DNA of 64,000 nt from Octopus vulgaris (GCA_951406725.2 OX597821.1:25854001-25918000), one strand, 5' to 3'. Counted from the first letter of the stretch, positions 35,487 through 48,202 are shown. Notes: generated by a model not told the origin, from the letters alone. A program made the numbers and translations.

Positions 35487-35535
<49 letters not shown>

Positions 35536-35537
35536 TA

Positions 35538-36393
35538 CAGAGTGTGATGGGCAAATTGTTGCCATTTTATATCTTTAATTTCATGCATGCACATTGTTTG
35601 TTTTTCATTTTGTCAACTACACAGTATAGTAGGGTCAGTTGGGTACTGTTTGTGAGAAAAACAGCACCATGACGCAATTCACTCTGCAGGAAATTTGGAA
35701 ATCACATGCTGCACCACTTGGTGCCAGAAGTTCCAATATGAACATTTCAGAGTATTTGGGTGCGAATCTGAGTATAGTGCAATCTGAGGACATGTACCGA
35801 GAGTGATAAAAAAATCAAACATCCAGTCAACATCATGGTGTTTGGAGTAATTACTAGTGATGGTGATGTTATGCCTCCATTCATCTTCCAACACGGCCTC
35901 AGACTCAACATGGAGGCCTACATCAAGTGCCTGGAGGTGGTAGAGCTGCCCTGGGTGAAGAGGGTAGCTGCTGGAAGACCCTATGTCAAGCAACAAGACT
36001 CTGTACCATTCCACACATGCAGGGGAACCCAGTCATGGCTGTCAAACAATTTCTGTGACTACATCACCCCTAATATCTGGCCACCTAACTCCCCAGACTG
36101 CAACCCCTTGTTTATAATGTGTGGGACAGTTAAGTGAAAGATCAACAAAACTTCTTGTAATGCCAAAGATGAATTGAAGGCAAAGATTATGGCAGCATTC
36201 ACCAATTTAAACAAGGAGACCGTCCAGAAGAGTTGCTGTGGTTGAAGCCAATGGCAATTTTGTTGAATAAATTTACTCTTTAGTATTTCTAGATACTTCT
36301 ATGTAATTTTGGTAAATATATCTGTTAAAATGAGACGTCAGTGTTATTTTCATTTTTACGTAATTTAGATGACAGTTTATTCACCGCACCCTG
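35538..36393 (+). mobile_element. Internally deleted Tc1/mariner element (maT-like)
   Basis: MVFGVITSDGDVMPPFIF...QQDS.P.H...WPPNSPDCNPL; termini cagagtgtg / cgcaccctg with TA. Confidence 0.85.
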
Positions 36394-36413
36394 TATATAT
36401 AAGAATATTGTTG

Positions 36414-36458
36414 ACAGTGACCTTTGAAGTCTCAGCAGTTAAGCCATCATCAGACTGT
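36414..36458 (-). ncRNA. Decayed minimal hammerhead ribozyme
   Basis: ACAGU CUGAUGA U GGC uuaacu GCU GAGA CUUCAAAG GUC ACUGU: perfect 5-bp stem I, GUC triplet, GAAA changed to GAGA. Confidence 0.6.
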
Positions 36459-36912
36459 AAACCAAAAGATTAATGTAAATTTTTTTTATTTATTAAACAT
36501 AAAAGCAAGCATTGACATATATAATGTATCCAGTACATTCTGTAAACCGATTAGCTAACTGGTGGAGACAGTGTAAGGTCAAGAAGACTTTTTAGTCTTG
36601 TCTTGTTGATGACTTGATAACCACTCTAGTGCTGGTGCCTTGATGACATGACTCTGTACACTTGATAAAGTGTTTAGCATTGGGAAAGGCGCCAAGCTTT
36701 AGAAATCATGCCCAAAATAAAGAGTATGAGTAAAACATAGCCTTTTTTACCCATCCAAGAGGGTTGTAACTGAGTAAGAATTCACCTAGACCATGGTAAC
36801 ATCATCATAAATATTTTCATCAATGATGATGGACGGTAGTCTAATGATTGGAACCAGTAAAAGATAAAGATACATATGCACATATGTATGTGTGTGTGTG
36901 TGTGTGTGTGTG

Positions 36913-38515
36913 TATGAGGGGGTACCCAAAAGTAACCGGAAATAGGTGCAGGAGTGGCTGTGTGGTAAGTAGCTTGCATACCAACCACATGGTTCTGGGT
37001 TCAGTCCCACTGCGTGGCACCTTGGGCAAGTGTCTTCTACTATAGCCTCGGGCCGACCAAAGCCTTGTGAGTGGATTTGGTAGACGGAAACTGAAAGAAG
37101 CCTGTCGTATATATGTATATATATGTGTGCGTGTATGTTTGTGTTTGTCCCCCTAGCATTACTTGACAACCGATGCTGGTGTGTTTATGTCCCCGTAACT
37201 TAGCGGTTCAGCAAAACAGACCGATAGAATAAGTACTAGGCTTACAAAGAATAAGTCCCGGGGTCAAATTGCTCGATTACAGGCGGTGCTCCAGCATGGC
37301 CGCAGTCAAATGACTGAAACAAGTAAAAGAGTAAAAGAGTAAATGTTCTCTGTGGGATAAGCCCTTTGTAGTTGAAGCTTCTGCCGCTAGAAGCTACTCA
37401 ATGTGACCCTCAGGCATCAGTCTGCCAACCAGTGTCATCCACTAAGGTCATACTGCCATGTGGTGTATCTTTGTTTTGCCGTGCTTCTCCTGTGTTCGTC
37501 AATTTTTGCACTGGCTGAAACGAAGGGACAGCATGCTTCCTTGAAATTCTGTTTTCTGCTGGGGAAAATGGCAGCTGAAACAGTTGTCATGTTTCAAATA
37601 GCTTACAAGGATACTGCCATGAGCGAAGCATAAGTTTATTAGTAGTTTTCACACTTTAGGAATGGTCACTTGTTGCTTGAAGACCAACCTTGTTCAGGAC
37701 AACCGTCAACTTCCCGAACGAATGAAAACATCGTGAAAATTCATGAACTGATTTTGGAGGACCTCTCTTACTCACAGAAGATCAAAAGCAGTCGTGACTG
37801 AATGTGTGTTGTGAACTGAAATAACAGTTGGAAGTTGACCTGAACCTCTTTTCTGAAGGTCATTACTGGTGACAAAAGCTGGTGCTATGGCTACAACCCA
37901 GAGACGAAGCAGCAATCAAGTCAATGGAAGCATTCAATGTAACCATTTTCCCCACAACTGCTTCAAGTGAAGTCCAACATCAAGGTGATACTGATTTGTT
38001 TCATCAATGCAACAGCAATTGTCCACAGAGTATTTATTCCTCCTGGTCAAACAATTAACAAGACATTTTACCTGGCAGCTCTGAAGTGTTTGCGAGACGG
38101 AAACACCCTGACCATCGGCAAATTAGAGAGTGGTGGTTTCATCATGACAATGAAACCTTTGCCCACTGCCTTGAGTGTGAGACAGTTTTTGACCATAAAT
38201 GGCATGACTCCATTTACCCACCCTCTCTATTCACTCAGTATTGCTGCCTGAAACTTTTTTTTTGTTCCCCTGAAGGAAAAAAGTCCTTAAAGGAAAATGT
38301 TTCTTAGATGTGGAAGAGTTGAAGAAAAAAGTGGCAGAGGCACTAAAAGGCATCACTTTGCAAGAGTTCTTGGACTACTTCAGACAGTGGAAAATACGTC
38401 TGGACCTATGCATTGCTTCAAATGGAAAATACTTTGAAGCTGATAAAAGTGTTAACATGTAAAACTTAGTGAATAATATTGCAAAATTCCAGCTTCTTTT
38501 GGGTAGCCCTGCGTA
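36913..38515 (+). mobile_element. Degraded mariner transposon interrupted by a SINE
   Basis: TIRs ggtacccaaaagtaaccggaa / ttccagcttcttttgggtagccc; LKFCFLLGKMAAETV, ITGDKSWCYGYNPETKQQSSQWK, IVHRVFIPPGQTIN, HPLYS motifs. Confidence 0.88.
36944..37341 (+). mobile_element. CORE-type SINE nested just inside the mariner TIR
   Basis: Matches the 5559-5976 family. Confidence 0.92.
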
Positions 38516-39069
38516 TATGTTCTTCTGATGAAGGAATAGTATACAAAATAATTCTTTCCCTTCCTTTTACGTGTTAAACCTTTACAACATTTCTTAATAC
38601 TTGTTCCACCAATGTTGTCTTTCTTTCCATCTTCATTGATTTCATTATGTGTATGTGTGTGTAAGTGGAAGTGGAAGGCCAAGCCCTGCTCTCTTTCCAA
38701 GGGAAGACTGCTAAACCTGCAAGTGACTGCAAAAGTGTTGTGGTTAGCTTTTGAATGATGATGAGTTTTCTGCTGGAAAGAAAAAAAAAAAAAAAGGCTG
38801 CTGTACTTTCTGTGGTACTTTCTAAGCATAGGGATTATTTCCCTGTTAGAAGGTCAATATGCTGAAATACCTGATGGCTGCACTATTTTTTTTTTTGGCA
38901 AGGAAGAGATTGAAATCACAGTAGTAAGCCTAGAGTGAGTTTTGCAGTTAAGTGAATATTAGATTTCATAACTTACTGAACGATCATTCCTTTTTCTTTT
39001 GTATATTTGTCTTTATGGTGCTGAGAGCAATGTATATGGGGTAATTTTACATTAAGGAATGGAACATAG

Positions 39070-39320
39070 AATTCCCTGTAATTCAGACCTGGCATGTTCA
39101 GCTAGAAGCCTAGTCTCTGGCTGAGAAAAGCAAACTATCAAGGTATCAGTTGTTCTTTGGCAGGTTTATGGTCCAGCCTGTGGCAGTACAGATCACAAAC
39201 ATTCTTGACCCCCAGACCATATTTCTGCTCACTGCTATTGAAGCAGAGATGGTTATCTGTGAGTGTGAGCCTCATGAGTCAGAGTGACTGTTCCAGTGCA
39301 TCTCCCTCACCATCCTCCTT
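39070..39320 (+). pseudogene. CRE-like retrotransposon endonuclease C-terminal remnant
   Basis: LAEKSKLSRYQ...RFMVQPVAVQITNILDPQT..LL........EPHESE*LFQCISLTI resembles the AE..K..KY...F.PVAVET.G...EPRE..WLFQRIS pattern. Confidence 0.6.
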
Positions 39321-39428
39321 TTCCATTTTGTTTTGTTGGGACCATGAGGCAGTCTGACTTACTGAACTATAAGTTGGCTTAAATGATTGATTTACATTTG
39401 TGTTCATGTCTCTATCTTGTGGTCACTA

Positions 39429-39661
39429 CAGGTGGCGAGCTGGCAGAATCGTTAGCACGCCGGGCGAAATGCTTAGCTGTATTTCGTCTGCCGTTACATT
39501 CTGAGTTCAAATTCCGCCGAGGTCGACTTTGCCTTTCATCCTTTCGTGGTCGATAAATTAAGTACCAGTTACGCACTGGGGTCGATGTAATCGACTTAAT
39601 CCGTTTGTCTTTCCTTGTTTGTCCCCTCTGTGTTTAGCCCCTTGTGGGTAGTAAAGAAATA
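39429..39661 (+). mobile_element. Meta-domain-type SINE with 16-bp TSD
   Basis: TSD tatcttgtggtcacta at 39413-39428 and 39662-39677. Confidence 0.92.
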
Positions 39662-40235
39662 TATCTTGTGGTCACTAGTGCCTTTGCACCAATAATTTAT
39701 GATTCTGATGAAGACAAAAATCTGTTTTATGAGCAACTAAAAGGTATTATTTAGAAAATCCTGATTGTAGTATATATTTAAGATTGTTGGAGGCTTTAAA
39801 ACATCGTTTGGTGAAAATTTTGAAATACGGGAATTTTTAGGATCTCATAGGATTAAATAAACAAAGAACTTCAATGATTTACTTCTGCTAAAAATGTGCA
39901 GTCTTCTGCTTTCTCAAGTTTACCCTTGAGGCACAGGGCATATTTGACCTTTAGGAATGGGGACTGGTTCATATGGCATCAGGTTATATCCACACACCAT
40001 TGAGCTTGAGTGACACATGTCTAAGGATCAGCCCTTCTTCAAGTTCTGTATGTCGTAACCACAGGAATATCCATAATTTGCCTCACGACTGGAGCCCTTG
40101 ATAGATACTATCACCCTTAGAATAGTGGTGAAGAAGTAACTCTATACTCCCTAAAACTCCTGAGCTAGAACCTCTCAACTGGATGCAGTTTAACCCTTGA
40201 GCATTTGATCCAGCCCTAACCAGCCCAAATATTCT

Positions 40236-40638
40236 CTCTTTACTCTTACTCTTTTACTCTTTTACTTGTTTCAGTCATTTGACTGTGGCCATGCTGGAGC
40301 ACCGCCTTTAATCGAGCAAATCGACCCCGGGACTTATTCTTTGTAAGCCCAGTACTTATTCTATCGGTCTCTTTTGCTGAACCGCTAAGTGATGGGGACG
40401 TAAACACACCAGCATCGGTTGTCAAACAATGCTAGGGGGACAAACACAGACACACAAACACATACACACACACTTATATATATATACATATATACGACAG
40501 GCTTCTTTCAGTTTCCGTCTACCAAATCCACTCACACGGCATTGGTCGGCCCAGGGCTATAGCAGAATACACTTGCCCAAGATACCACGCAGTGGGACTG
40601 AACCCGGAACCATGTGGCTGTTTAGCAAGCTACTTACC
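40236..40638 (-). mobile_element. CORE-type SINE
   Basis: Reverse complement of the 5559-5976 family. Confidence 0.92.
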
Positions 40639-40789
40639 ACACAGCCACTCCTGCTTCCTGTTAAAACTAACTAGATCTAACCTTTCCTACAATGCCATTC
40701 TCAACATAGAGAAACACACCATTAAAATCATGAAGCTACAAAATAGTGTGTGATAAATTCAAAGTAATGTGAATAAATAAGCTATACAT

Positions 40790-40998
40790 TTACTCTTTTA
40801 CTCTTTTACTTGTTTCAGTCATTTGACTTCGGCCATGCTGGAGCACCACCTTTAGTTGAGCAAATCGACCCCAGGACTTATTCTTTGTAAGCCTAGTACT
40901 TATTCTATCGGTCTCTTTTGCTGAACCACTAAGTTACGGGGACCTATACACACCAGCATCGGTTGTCATGCGATGTTGGAGGGACAAACATAGACTCA

Positions 40999-41041
<43 letters not shown>

Positions 41042-41226
41042 ATACACACATATATACATATATACGACAGGCTTCTTTCAGTTTCTGTCTACCAAATCCA
41101 CTCACAAGGCTTTGGTCGGCCCGAGGCTATAGTAGAAGACACTTGCCCAAGGTGCCACGCAGTGGGAATGAACCCGGAACCATGTGGTTCATAAGCAAGC
41201 TACTTACCACACAGCCACTCCTACGC
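40790..41226 (-). mobile_element. CORE-type SINE
   Basis: Reverse complement of the 5559-5976 family. Confidence 0.92.
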
Positions 41227-41404
41227 CATTTGACAAAAAAATCTGAATGCTAAAGGGTTAAAGTCTTGCCCAGGACATATATGTAATACATAGGACAGCA
41301 GATTGTTGTTTGAGGGTATCTGACTGCCTATTTAGTAAGAACATCATTATCATTTAACGTCTGCTGTCCATGCTGGCATGGGTTGAATGTTGTGACCAGA
41401 CCAG

Positions 41405-41639
41405 AGGCGGAGAGCTGGCAGAAACGTTAGCACGCCGGGCAAAATGCTTTGCGGTATTTCGTCTGCCGTTTCTGTTCTGAGTTCAAATTCCGCCGAGGTC
41501 GACTTTGCCTTTCATCCTTTCGGGGTCGATAAATTAAGTACCAGTTATGTACTGGGGTTGATATAATTGACTTAATCTGTTTGTCTGTCCTTGTTTGTCC
41601 TCTCTGTGCTTTGCCTCTTGTGGGTAGTAAAGAAATAGG
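41405..41639 (+). mobile_element. Meta-domain-type SINE nested in an RTE-tailed retroposon (41343-41860, -)
   Basis: TSD tgtgaccaga at 41391-41400 and 41640-41649. Confidence 0.9.
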
Positions 41640-42859
41640 TGTGACCAGAGCTGGCAAGCTGGGGTGGGCTGCATCAGACTCCAGTCTGATTCAGCATGAT
41701 TTCTATGACTGGAAGCCCTTTCTAACATCAACCACTTTACAGAGTGTGCCGGGTGCCTTTAAGTGGCACTGCATGGGCACTTTTATGTGATGCTACTCAG
41801 GCGCTTTTATGTGGCACCACACAGGCGATTTTACGTGGCACCGCCTCAAGTGCTTTACACCACCAGAAGGATCAGTCTTAACACTTCTGCTGTGGAGTAT
41901 GGGTAAGCACTAGATTATTAAAAGAAGTCTTAATGCCTTCAGAACATAAACATACCCATTAGTTATTGCTATATAGTTTCATATTTAAAGGGTTCAATAT
42001 TTGGAAACAAAGTTTGCAGTTAAAATTGTTTGTTGATAATTTTGTTTATAGATTCATTTAATTTTGTAAACTTTTACTAGTTTATTCTACTTGTTAATGT
42101 TATTTCACTCCCAGTCAGTCAGAAAATAAAATAGTCTTTTTTTGTTTTGTCAGTAAGCACCACTGAATATGTATATGCTGGTAACACAGATTGTGTAATT
42201 TTCATGACTTACACCGGTGAATTTCAAAGGTCACTTTCAAGTTTGGTTTTCATTTCATTTAGTATGCGTGAACTTTATCAATGTATTTTAAGCAGCAATT
42301 ATAAAACTAACTAAATTCTTATTTTTCCATACATCACAATGCTAAAGGAAAGTCAATGTGTATTATACATGTGAGAGGTAGTTTTTTCTGGCATTTCTTT
42401 GCCCATAATTAGGTCTGCACATTATACATGAATAAATACTGTAAATATATTTACTCTACATACAATAGATTTCATGTATTCTTTACTTTGTGATGTTACT
42501 TTGTTCGTAATATTATTTGTGTGCGTGTGAATATCATTATCATCATCATCGTTTAACGTCCATTTTCCGTGCTAGCACGGGTTGGACGGTTCGACCACTG
42601 GCAATATATACGTATATATCAATATGTATCCATCCTCTACAGCAACACATTTGTTACTGGCCTTAATCTTGATCAATCTCTCTCTCACTCTTTCTCTCCC
42701 TATCCCCCCCCCTCTCTCTCTCACTCTCTCTGCCTCTCTCTAACTGAGTAACCATGTATCTTTACAGCAGGACACGTGTTTCTGTCTCTCTGTCACACTC
42801 TAACCTTTCATCATTTGGCACTAGATCACCTCCAGTACCACATCCCCTCTCAAAGGATC

Positions 42860-43158
42860 TTTGCCTTGCAAGGTGACCCTGCCAGTGCTGGTGCCATGTA
42901 AAAAGCATCCAGTTCACAAGTGGTTGGCATTTGGAAGGGCATCCAACTGTAAAAAAAAATAACCTTACCAAAACTGGATTCGCCTTGCTAGTGAGCGCTC
43001 AGTCCACTCTGCAGAGTGGTTGGTGTTAGGAAGGGCATCCAGCCATAAAAACCATACCAAAACAGACAGCAAAGTATAGTACAGTCTTCTGTCTAGCCAG
43101 CTCTTGTCAAACTGTTCAACCCATGCCATTATGGAAAGTGGATGTTAAATGATGATGA
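42860..43158 (+). mobile_element. RTE-tailed retroposon, diverged
   Basis: Two aagggcatcca motifs and an acccatgcc...(GAT)n tail. Confidence 0.75.
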
Positions 43159-43167
43159 TATAAATAT

Positions 43168-43470
43168 ATCACCGTCACCATGACCGACCAGGCTATCAGA
43201 TGTTGCTACACATTGCTGGTCACAATGCCTTGCATTGTTTTAGCCTTCAAATGATGCCACCCTGCTGGCTAAGTGAGCAGGCCAACAGAAGAAAGAGTGA
43301 GAGGAAGTTGTGGTGAAAGAGTACAGCAGGGATTGCCACCACCCCCTGCTGGAGCCTTGTGGAGCTTTAGGTGTTTTCGCTCATAAACACTCACAACACC
43401 CAGTCTGGGAATCAAAACCCCGATCCTATGACCGCAAGTCCACTGCCCTAACCACTTGGCCATTGCGCCT
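43168..43470 (-). mobile_element. tRNA-derived SINE with RTE-like 3' tail
   Basis: gaggcgcaatggccaagtggttaggg head; tail similar to the LINE end at 17841-17905. Confidence 0.8.
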
Positions 43471-43727
43471 CAACATATATATTCCCTCCCAACCACTCCA
43501 CTTTTTCTCACCTCTGCTTACTATAGCTATGTCTTCTCCATCTCTAAACATCTCCCTTCACACTCTTATGGAACATCCCCCTCTATCCCTTCTGTGCTAC
43601 TTATATTCCCTCACATCACTGTTCCCTGTAGATGAGCCCCAATACATCCCCAACACCATCTATTTCTCTCACTCTGTCTTTCTCTCCAACTCTCTGTCCC
43701 CTGCCACTCCTCCCCTTCCTACTGGAG

Positions 43728-44295
43728 TTTGCTTGTTTGTTCCTTCTCGAGCCATGCCTGACTCATAAGGGCCGGTTTCCCGGTTTCTTGGCGTATAGGT
43801 TCCCCCACCTGGACGGGACGCCGGTCCGTCGCAGGTGAGCTGCAAGATGCAGGAGGAAAGAGTGAGAGAAAGTTGTGGTGAAAGAGTCAGCAGAAGTTCA
43901 CCATTACCTTCTGCCGGAGCTGCGTGGAACTTAGGTGTTTCACTCATAAACACACACATTGCCCGGTCTGAGATTTGAACCCACGATCCCTCAACTGTGA
44001 GTCCACTGCTCTAACCACTAGGTCATGTGCCTCCACACAAAATAAATGCGCCCTTTTAAAGCCTAGCCAGGCTCATGGGCCCAGTTTCCCGGTTTCTATG
44101 GTGTATGTGTTCCTCAGCTGGACGGGATGCCAGTCCATCGCAGCGTTACTCATTTTAGCCAGCTGAGTGGACTGGAGCAACGTGAAATGAAGTCTTTTGC
44201 TCAAGAACACAACGCGTCGCCTGGTCCTGGAATCGAAACCACAATCTTACAATCATGGTGCTGACACCCTAACCACTAAGCCACACGCCTCCACA
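43728..44295 (-). mobile_element. Two tandem tRNA-derived SINEs (V-like segment)
   Basis: 43728-44036 and 44045-44295, each with a ggaggc...tagtggttag head on the minus strand. Confidence 0.85.
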
Positions 44296-44928
44296 CGTCG
44301 CCAAATATCTATCTACTCCATTGTAAGACAACTATCTCTGTCCCTCTATTACACTTTAACCTCTCACCTGGCTCACAGCTATTTCACTCAGCTCCACTTT
44401 CTCTCTCAGCTGAGAGGTCTTTGTCTTGCAAGCCACTTGGTGACTCCACTGGTGCCACACAAAAACCACCCAGTACACTCTGTAAAGTGGTTGACATTAG
44501 GAAGGCATCCGGCCATAGAAACCATGCCAGCAGGGAAAGCAATTGTTAAAAGTTGATGATGATGGTGGTGGTGGTCGTGGTGATAATGGTGATAATAATG
44601 ATGATGATGATTTCTCTCACTCTGTCTTTCTCTCTAACTCTCTGTCTCCTGATTGAACCCTCTCACGGTTCAAATTTCAGGCAGTTTAATGTGGCTGCAC
44701 TGGAATACTGCTGTCACTGATACTTCATTTTCTGTTTCTGTGGCTGGTATTTTTCATGACCGTGAGAGTCTGACACCACCAATCTTCATATGTACCCCTT
44801 GCTGTGATTTAAGTTCTTCTGAAATCTTAGATGTAGAAATATGAAAAAAAAAATTGTTGCACAAATGTTTTGACACCCATTCCATGCAGATATCTTACAT
44901 TAGATTTCTGAAGAAAATTGAAAAGTTG

Positions 44929-45182
44929 TGTCCGGTGGCACGTAAAAAGCACCATCCGATCGTGGCCATTTGCCAACCTCATCTGGCACCTGTGCCGGTG
45001 GCACGTAAAAAGCACCCACTACACTCACAGAGTGGTTGGCATTAGGAAGGGCATCCAGCCGTAGAAATAGTGCCAGATCAGACTGGGCCTGGTGCAGCCT
45101 TCTGGCTTCCCAGACCCCAGTTGAACTGTCCAACCCATGCTAGCATGGAAAGCGGACGCTAAACGAAGATGATGATGATGAT
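44929..45182 (+). mobile_element. RTE-tailed retroposon, two 5' modules
   Basis: Nearly identical to 2520-2769. Confidence 0.9.
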
Positions 45183-45439
45183 GTCCATAGGTGTAAAACA
45201 TATAGCCCGTGGCAATGTTTAGTCCTACCCCTAATTCGGCTTCCTCAAAAGAAAGTTTATTTTTTAATTTTGGGAGTCCATTCTGATATTTCCCGTCAAA
45301 GTGCAGCTCCACCTCGGTTTACGTCTCTGTGGACCCAACTCTATCCCCACCTTTCCTCATCTCCTAATCTCCTCTCACACTCAGCCCTTGCCTCTCTTTC
45401 CTGATTCACTGTTTGTATCTTCTTTCATGCTCCCTTCCT

Positions 45440-45672
45440 CTCTTTTTTATTGCCCACAAGGGGCTAAACACAGAGGGGACAAACAAGGACAGACAAACGG
45501 ATTAAGTCGATTACATCGACCCTAGTTCGTAACTGGTACTTATTTAATCGACCGCGAAAGGATGAAAGGCAAAGTCGACCTCGGCGGAATTTGAACTCAG
45601 AACCTAACGGCAGACGAAATACGACTACGCATTTGGCCTGGCATGCTAACGTTTCTACCAGCTCGCCGCCTT
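45440..45672 (-). mobile_element. Meta-domain-type SINE with 13-bp TSD
   Basis: TSD atgctcccttcct at 45427-45439 and 45677-45689. Confidence 0.92.
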
Positions 45673-46196
45673 TTTAATGCTCCCTTCCTTGCTTTATGAG
45701 GGTTTTCTCTGAGCACCCCATCACTTACATTTTATCTGGCAACTCCCCAAATTATATAATAAAGGATAGCTATACATCTGCTCTATAGCAAGACATCTGT
45801 GCTTATTCCTGTATCCTTCTTTAACCTTCCAACACCTAGCATAAAGCCACTTCCGATTCTCTTAAATACTCCCTGACTCAGTCAAGGGGAATTTTTCTGT
45901 TCCCTTTTCTTTTTCTTTTCCTGTCTTGCTAGTTACTTGGCAACCTCACTGGTAGTACACACTGTAAAGTGATTGGCATTAAGTAGAGCATCCAGCCATA
46001 GAAATCATACCAAAACTGACCTTGGAGCTTGTTGCAGCCCCGGGGCTTGCTGGATGCTGTCAGACTATCCACCCAATGCCAGCATGGAAAACAGGCATTA
46101 AATGATGATATTGATATCAGCTTAGATTTAGAGTCAGAACCTGAGTAAAGTAAGGATTCACATCAACTCAGTGCACCTTAGGAAATATTTTGTGAT

Positions 46197-47422
46197 ACTC
46201 TCTTTTACTCTTTTACTTGTTTCAGTCATTTGACTGTGGCCATGCTGGAGCACCACCTTTAGTCGAGCAAATCAACCCCAAGACTTATTCTTTGTAAGCC
46301 TAGTACTTATTTGCTGAACCGCTAAGTTACGGGAATGTAAACACACCAGCATCGGTTGTCAGGCGATGTTGGGGGGACAAACACAGACACAAACATATAT
46401 ACACACATGCATATATACATACACGCATATATATATATATCTCTTATCTCTCTATATATAAACGGCAGTTTGTCTGTCTGTGTGTCTGTGAGGTTGTACC
46501 CTCACCCTGACCACGGCTTTCAACCGATTCTGATGAAACTTGACACACACATAGCCTAATGTCATAATTCAAAACTAATGCAGCGAAAATTTTGAAAAGT
46601 TCCCCCAGTTCTGAAAAAAAAATTGATAAATTCGACATGGGTCGAGAATCTAAGCTTTTTATATGCAACACATTTTCTACAGACTGTCTAGGGGACGCAA
46701 CTCTACCTTTTTAACTCTCGGAACACGTGGGGTAAGTATCCCAAAATGTATAAAAATGTACAAAAACGGCAAAAAAGCGGGCAGCAATGTGAGTGACAAC
46801 AACGAAAAAGTCAAAAGTGACCAAACTGAACAAACGAATGGAAAAGGTTTTTTGGTGCACACGACAAAAGCGGTTTATAATAAACCAAGAGTTTGCAAGT
46901 AGCGTCCGAGGACCCTTAGGGTACGTAAAAAATTTAAGGTAAAACGTTTGGGGTGGTAGTTATAAAGAAAGTGTAAACAAAAAAAGTATTCGAATAACTT
47001 GCAGCTGCAGCAGCTATTAGCAGAAGTGGCGGTGTTGGGGGTAAAGTCTCGAATGTAATTTCTTCCTGGTAGGAATTGGTTGGGTTCAATTATTGATAGC
47101 TGTTTGATAGTTGTTTGGGAGTGAAGAGAAGACATTGCAACCTACACATGCGCCTTCGTTCCCTAGAGGGAAAGGACTAGATTGGGATTAGTCGTTGCCT
47201 ACTAGGGGCTCTTACATACCCGGGCAACGCTGGGCTATGCTGCTAGTATATATATATACGACAAGCTTCTTTCAGTTTCTGTCTATCAAATCCGTTCACA
47301 AGGCTTTGGTTGAGCCGAGGCTATAGTAGAAGACACTTGCCCAAGGTGCCACGCAGTGGGACTGAACCCAGAACCATGTGGTTCATAAGCAAGCTACTTA
47401 CCACACAGCCACTCCTACACCT
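46197..47422 (-). mobile_element. CORE-type SINE split by a Helitron
   Basis: SINE halves at 46197-46440 and 47247-47422. Confidence 0.88.
46447..47246 (+). mobile_element. Non-autonomous Helitron
   Basis: A|TC 5' end followed by ctatatataa and (TGTC)n, subterminal hairpin cccgggcaacgctggg (47219-47234), CTAG|T 3' end, no TSD. Confidence 0.85.
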
Positions 47423-47802
47423 AACCATTTAAAAAAAAAAAGAATCTTACAAACTATATGTTAAAAGACATGACCTATATTACTTTCACTTTATCCTATG
47501 TATGTTGAGCCATAAAGAAGCTTTTTTATTATAAATTTACTCACATTTGTCCAAATAGAATCAAGCAGTATAAATGATATTGAAACGTTTTCAGCTAAAT
47601 CAGTGCAAGCTTTCTATCAAGCATTGGTCTTCCCAAGAACTGAATGCCTTAATTTTGACAATTACTATATATATATTTTCACTTTAATAACTCACATTTA
47701 GACTATATATATTATGCGGATGATTTTTTTTTTCTCACACATCTTTGTACACAAGCTTTACTAACACCTCACATTCTTGCCTCTTTTTAATGTTAATAAA
47801 GT

Positions 47803-48202
47803 TGCAGGAGTGGCTGTGTGGTAAGTAGCTTGTTTACCAACCACATGGTTCCGGGTTCAGTCCTACTGCATGGCACCTTGGGCAAGTGTCTTCTACTATA
47901 GCCTCGGGCCGACCAAAGCCTTGTGAGTGGATTTGGTAGATGGAAACTGAAAGAAGCTTGTCGTATATATGTATATATATATATGCGCGTGTGTATGTTT
48001 GTGTGTCTGTGTTTGTCCCCCTAGCATTGCTTGACAACCGATGCTGGTGTGTTTATGTCCCCGTTACTTAGCGGTTCGGCAAAAGAGACCGATAGAATAA
48101 GTACTGGGCTTACAAAAGAATAAGTCCCGGGGTCGAGTTGCTTGATTAAAGGTGGTGCTCCAGCATGGCCGCAGTCAAATGACTGAAACAAGTAAAAGAG
48201 TA
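47803..48202 (+). mobile_element. CORE-type SINE
   Basis: Matches the 5559-5976 family. Confidence 0.92.

Larger units (their letters stand above)
40194..41257. mobile_element. TTAA-targeting MITE carrying two nested CORE-type SINEs
   Basis: TTAA-cccttgagcatt...aatgctaaaggg-TTAA; internal pieces match 33648-33868. Confidence 0.8.

Noticed and set aside
39164-39258. Candidate exon with cag acceptor and gtgagt donor
   Set aside because: Translates as part of a CRE-like endonuclease remnant that extends beyond both borders
46530-46539. CTGATGAAAC as a hammerhead core
   Set aside because: No stem II between CUGAUGA and GAAA and no stems I or III; similar isolated ctgatga matches near 25104, 38526 and 39704 also fail to fold
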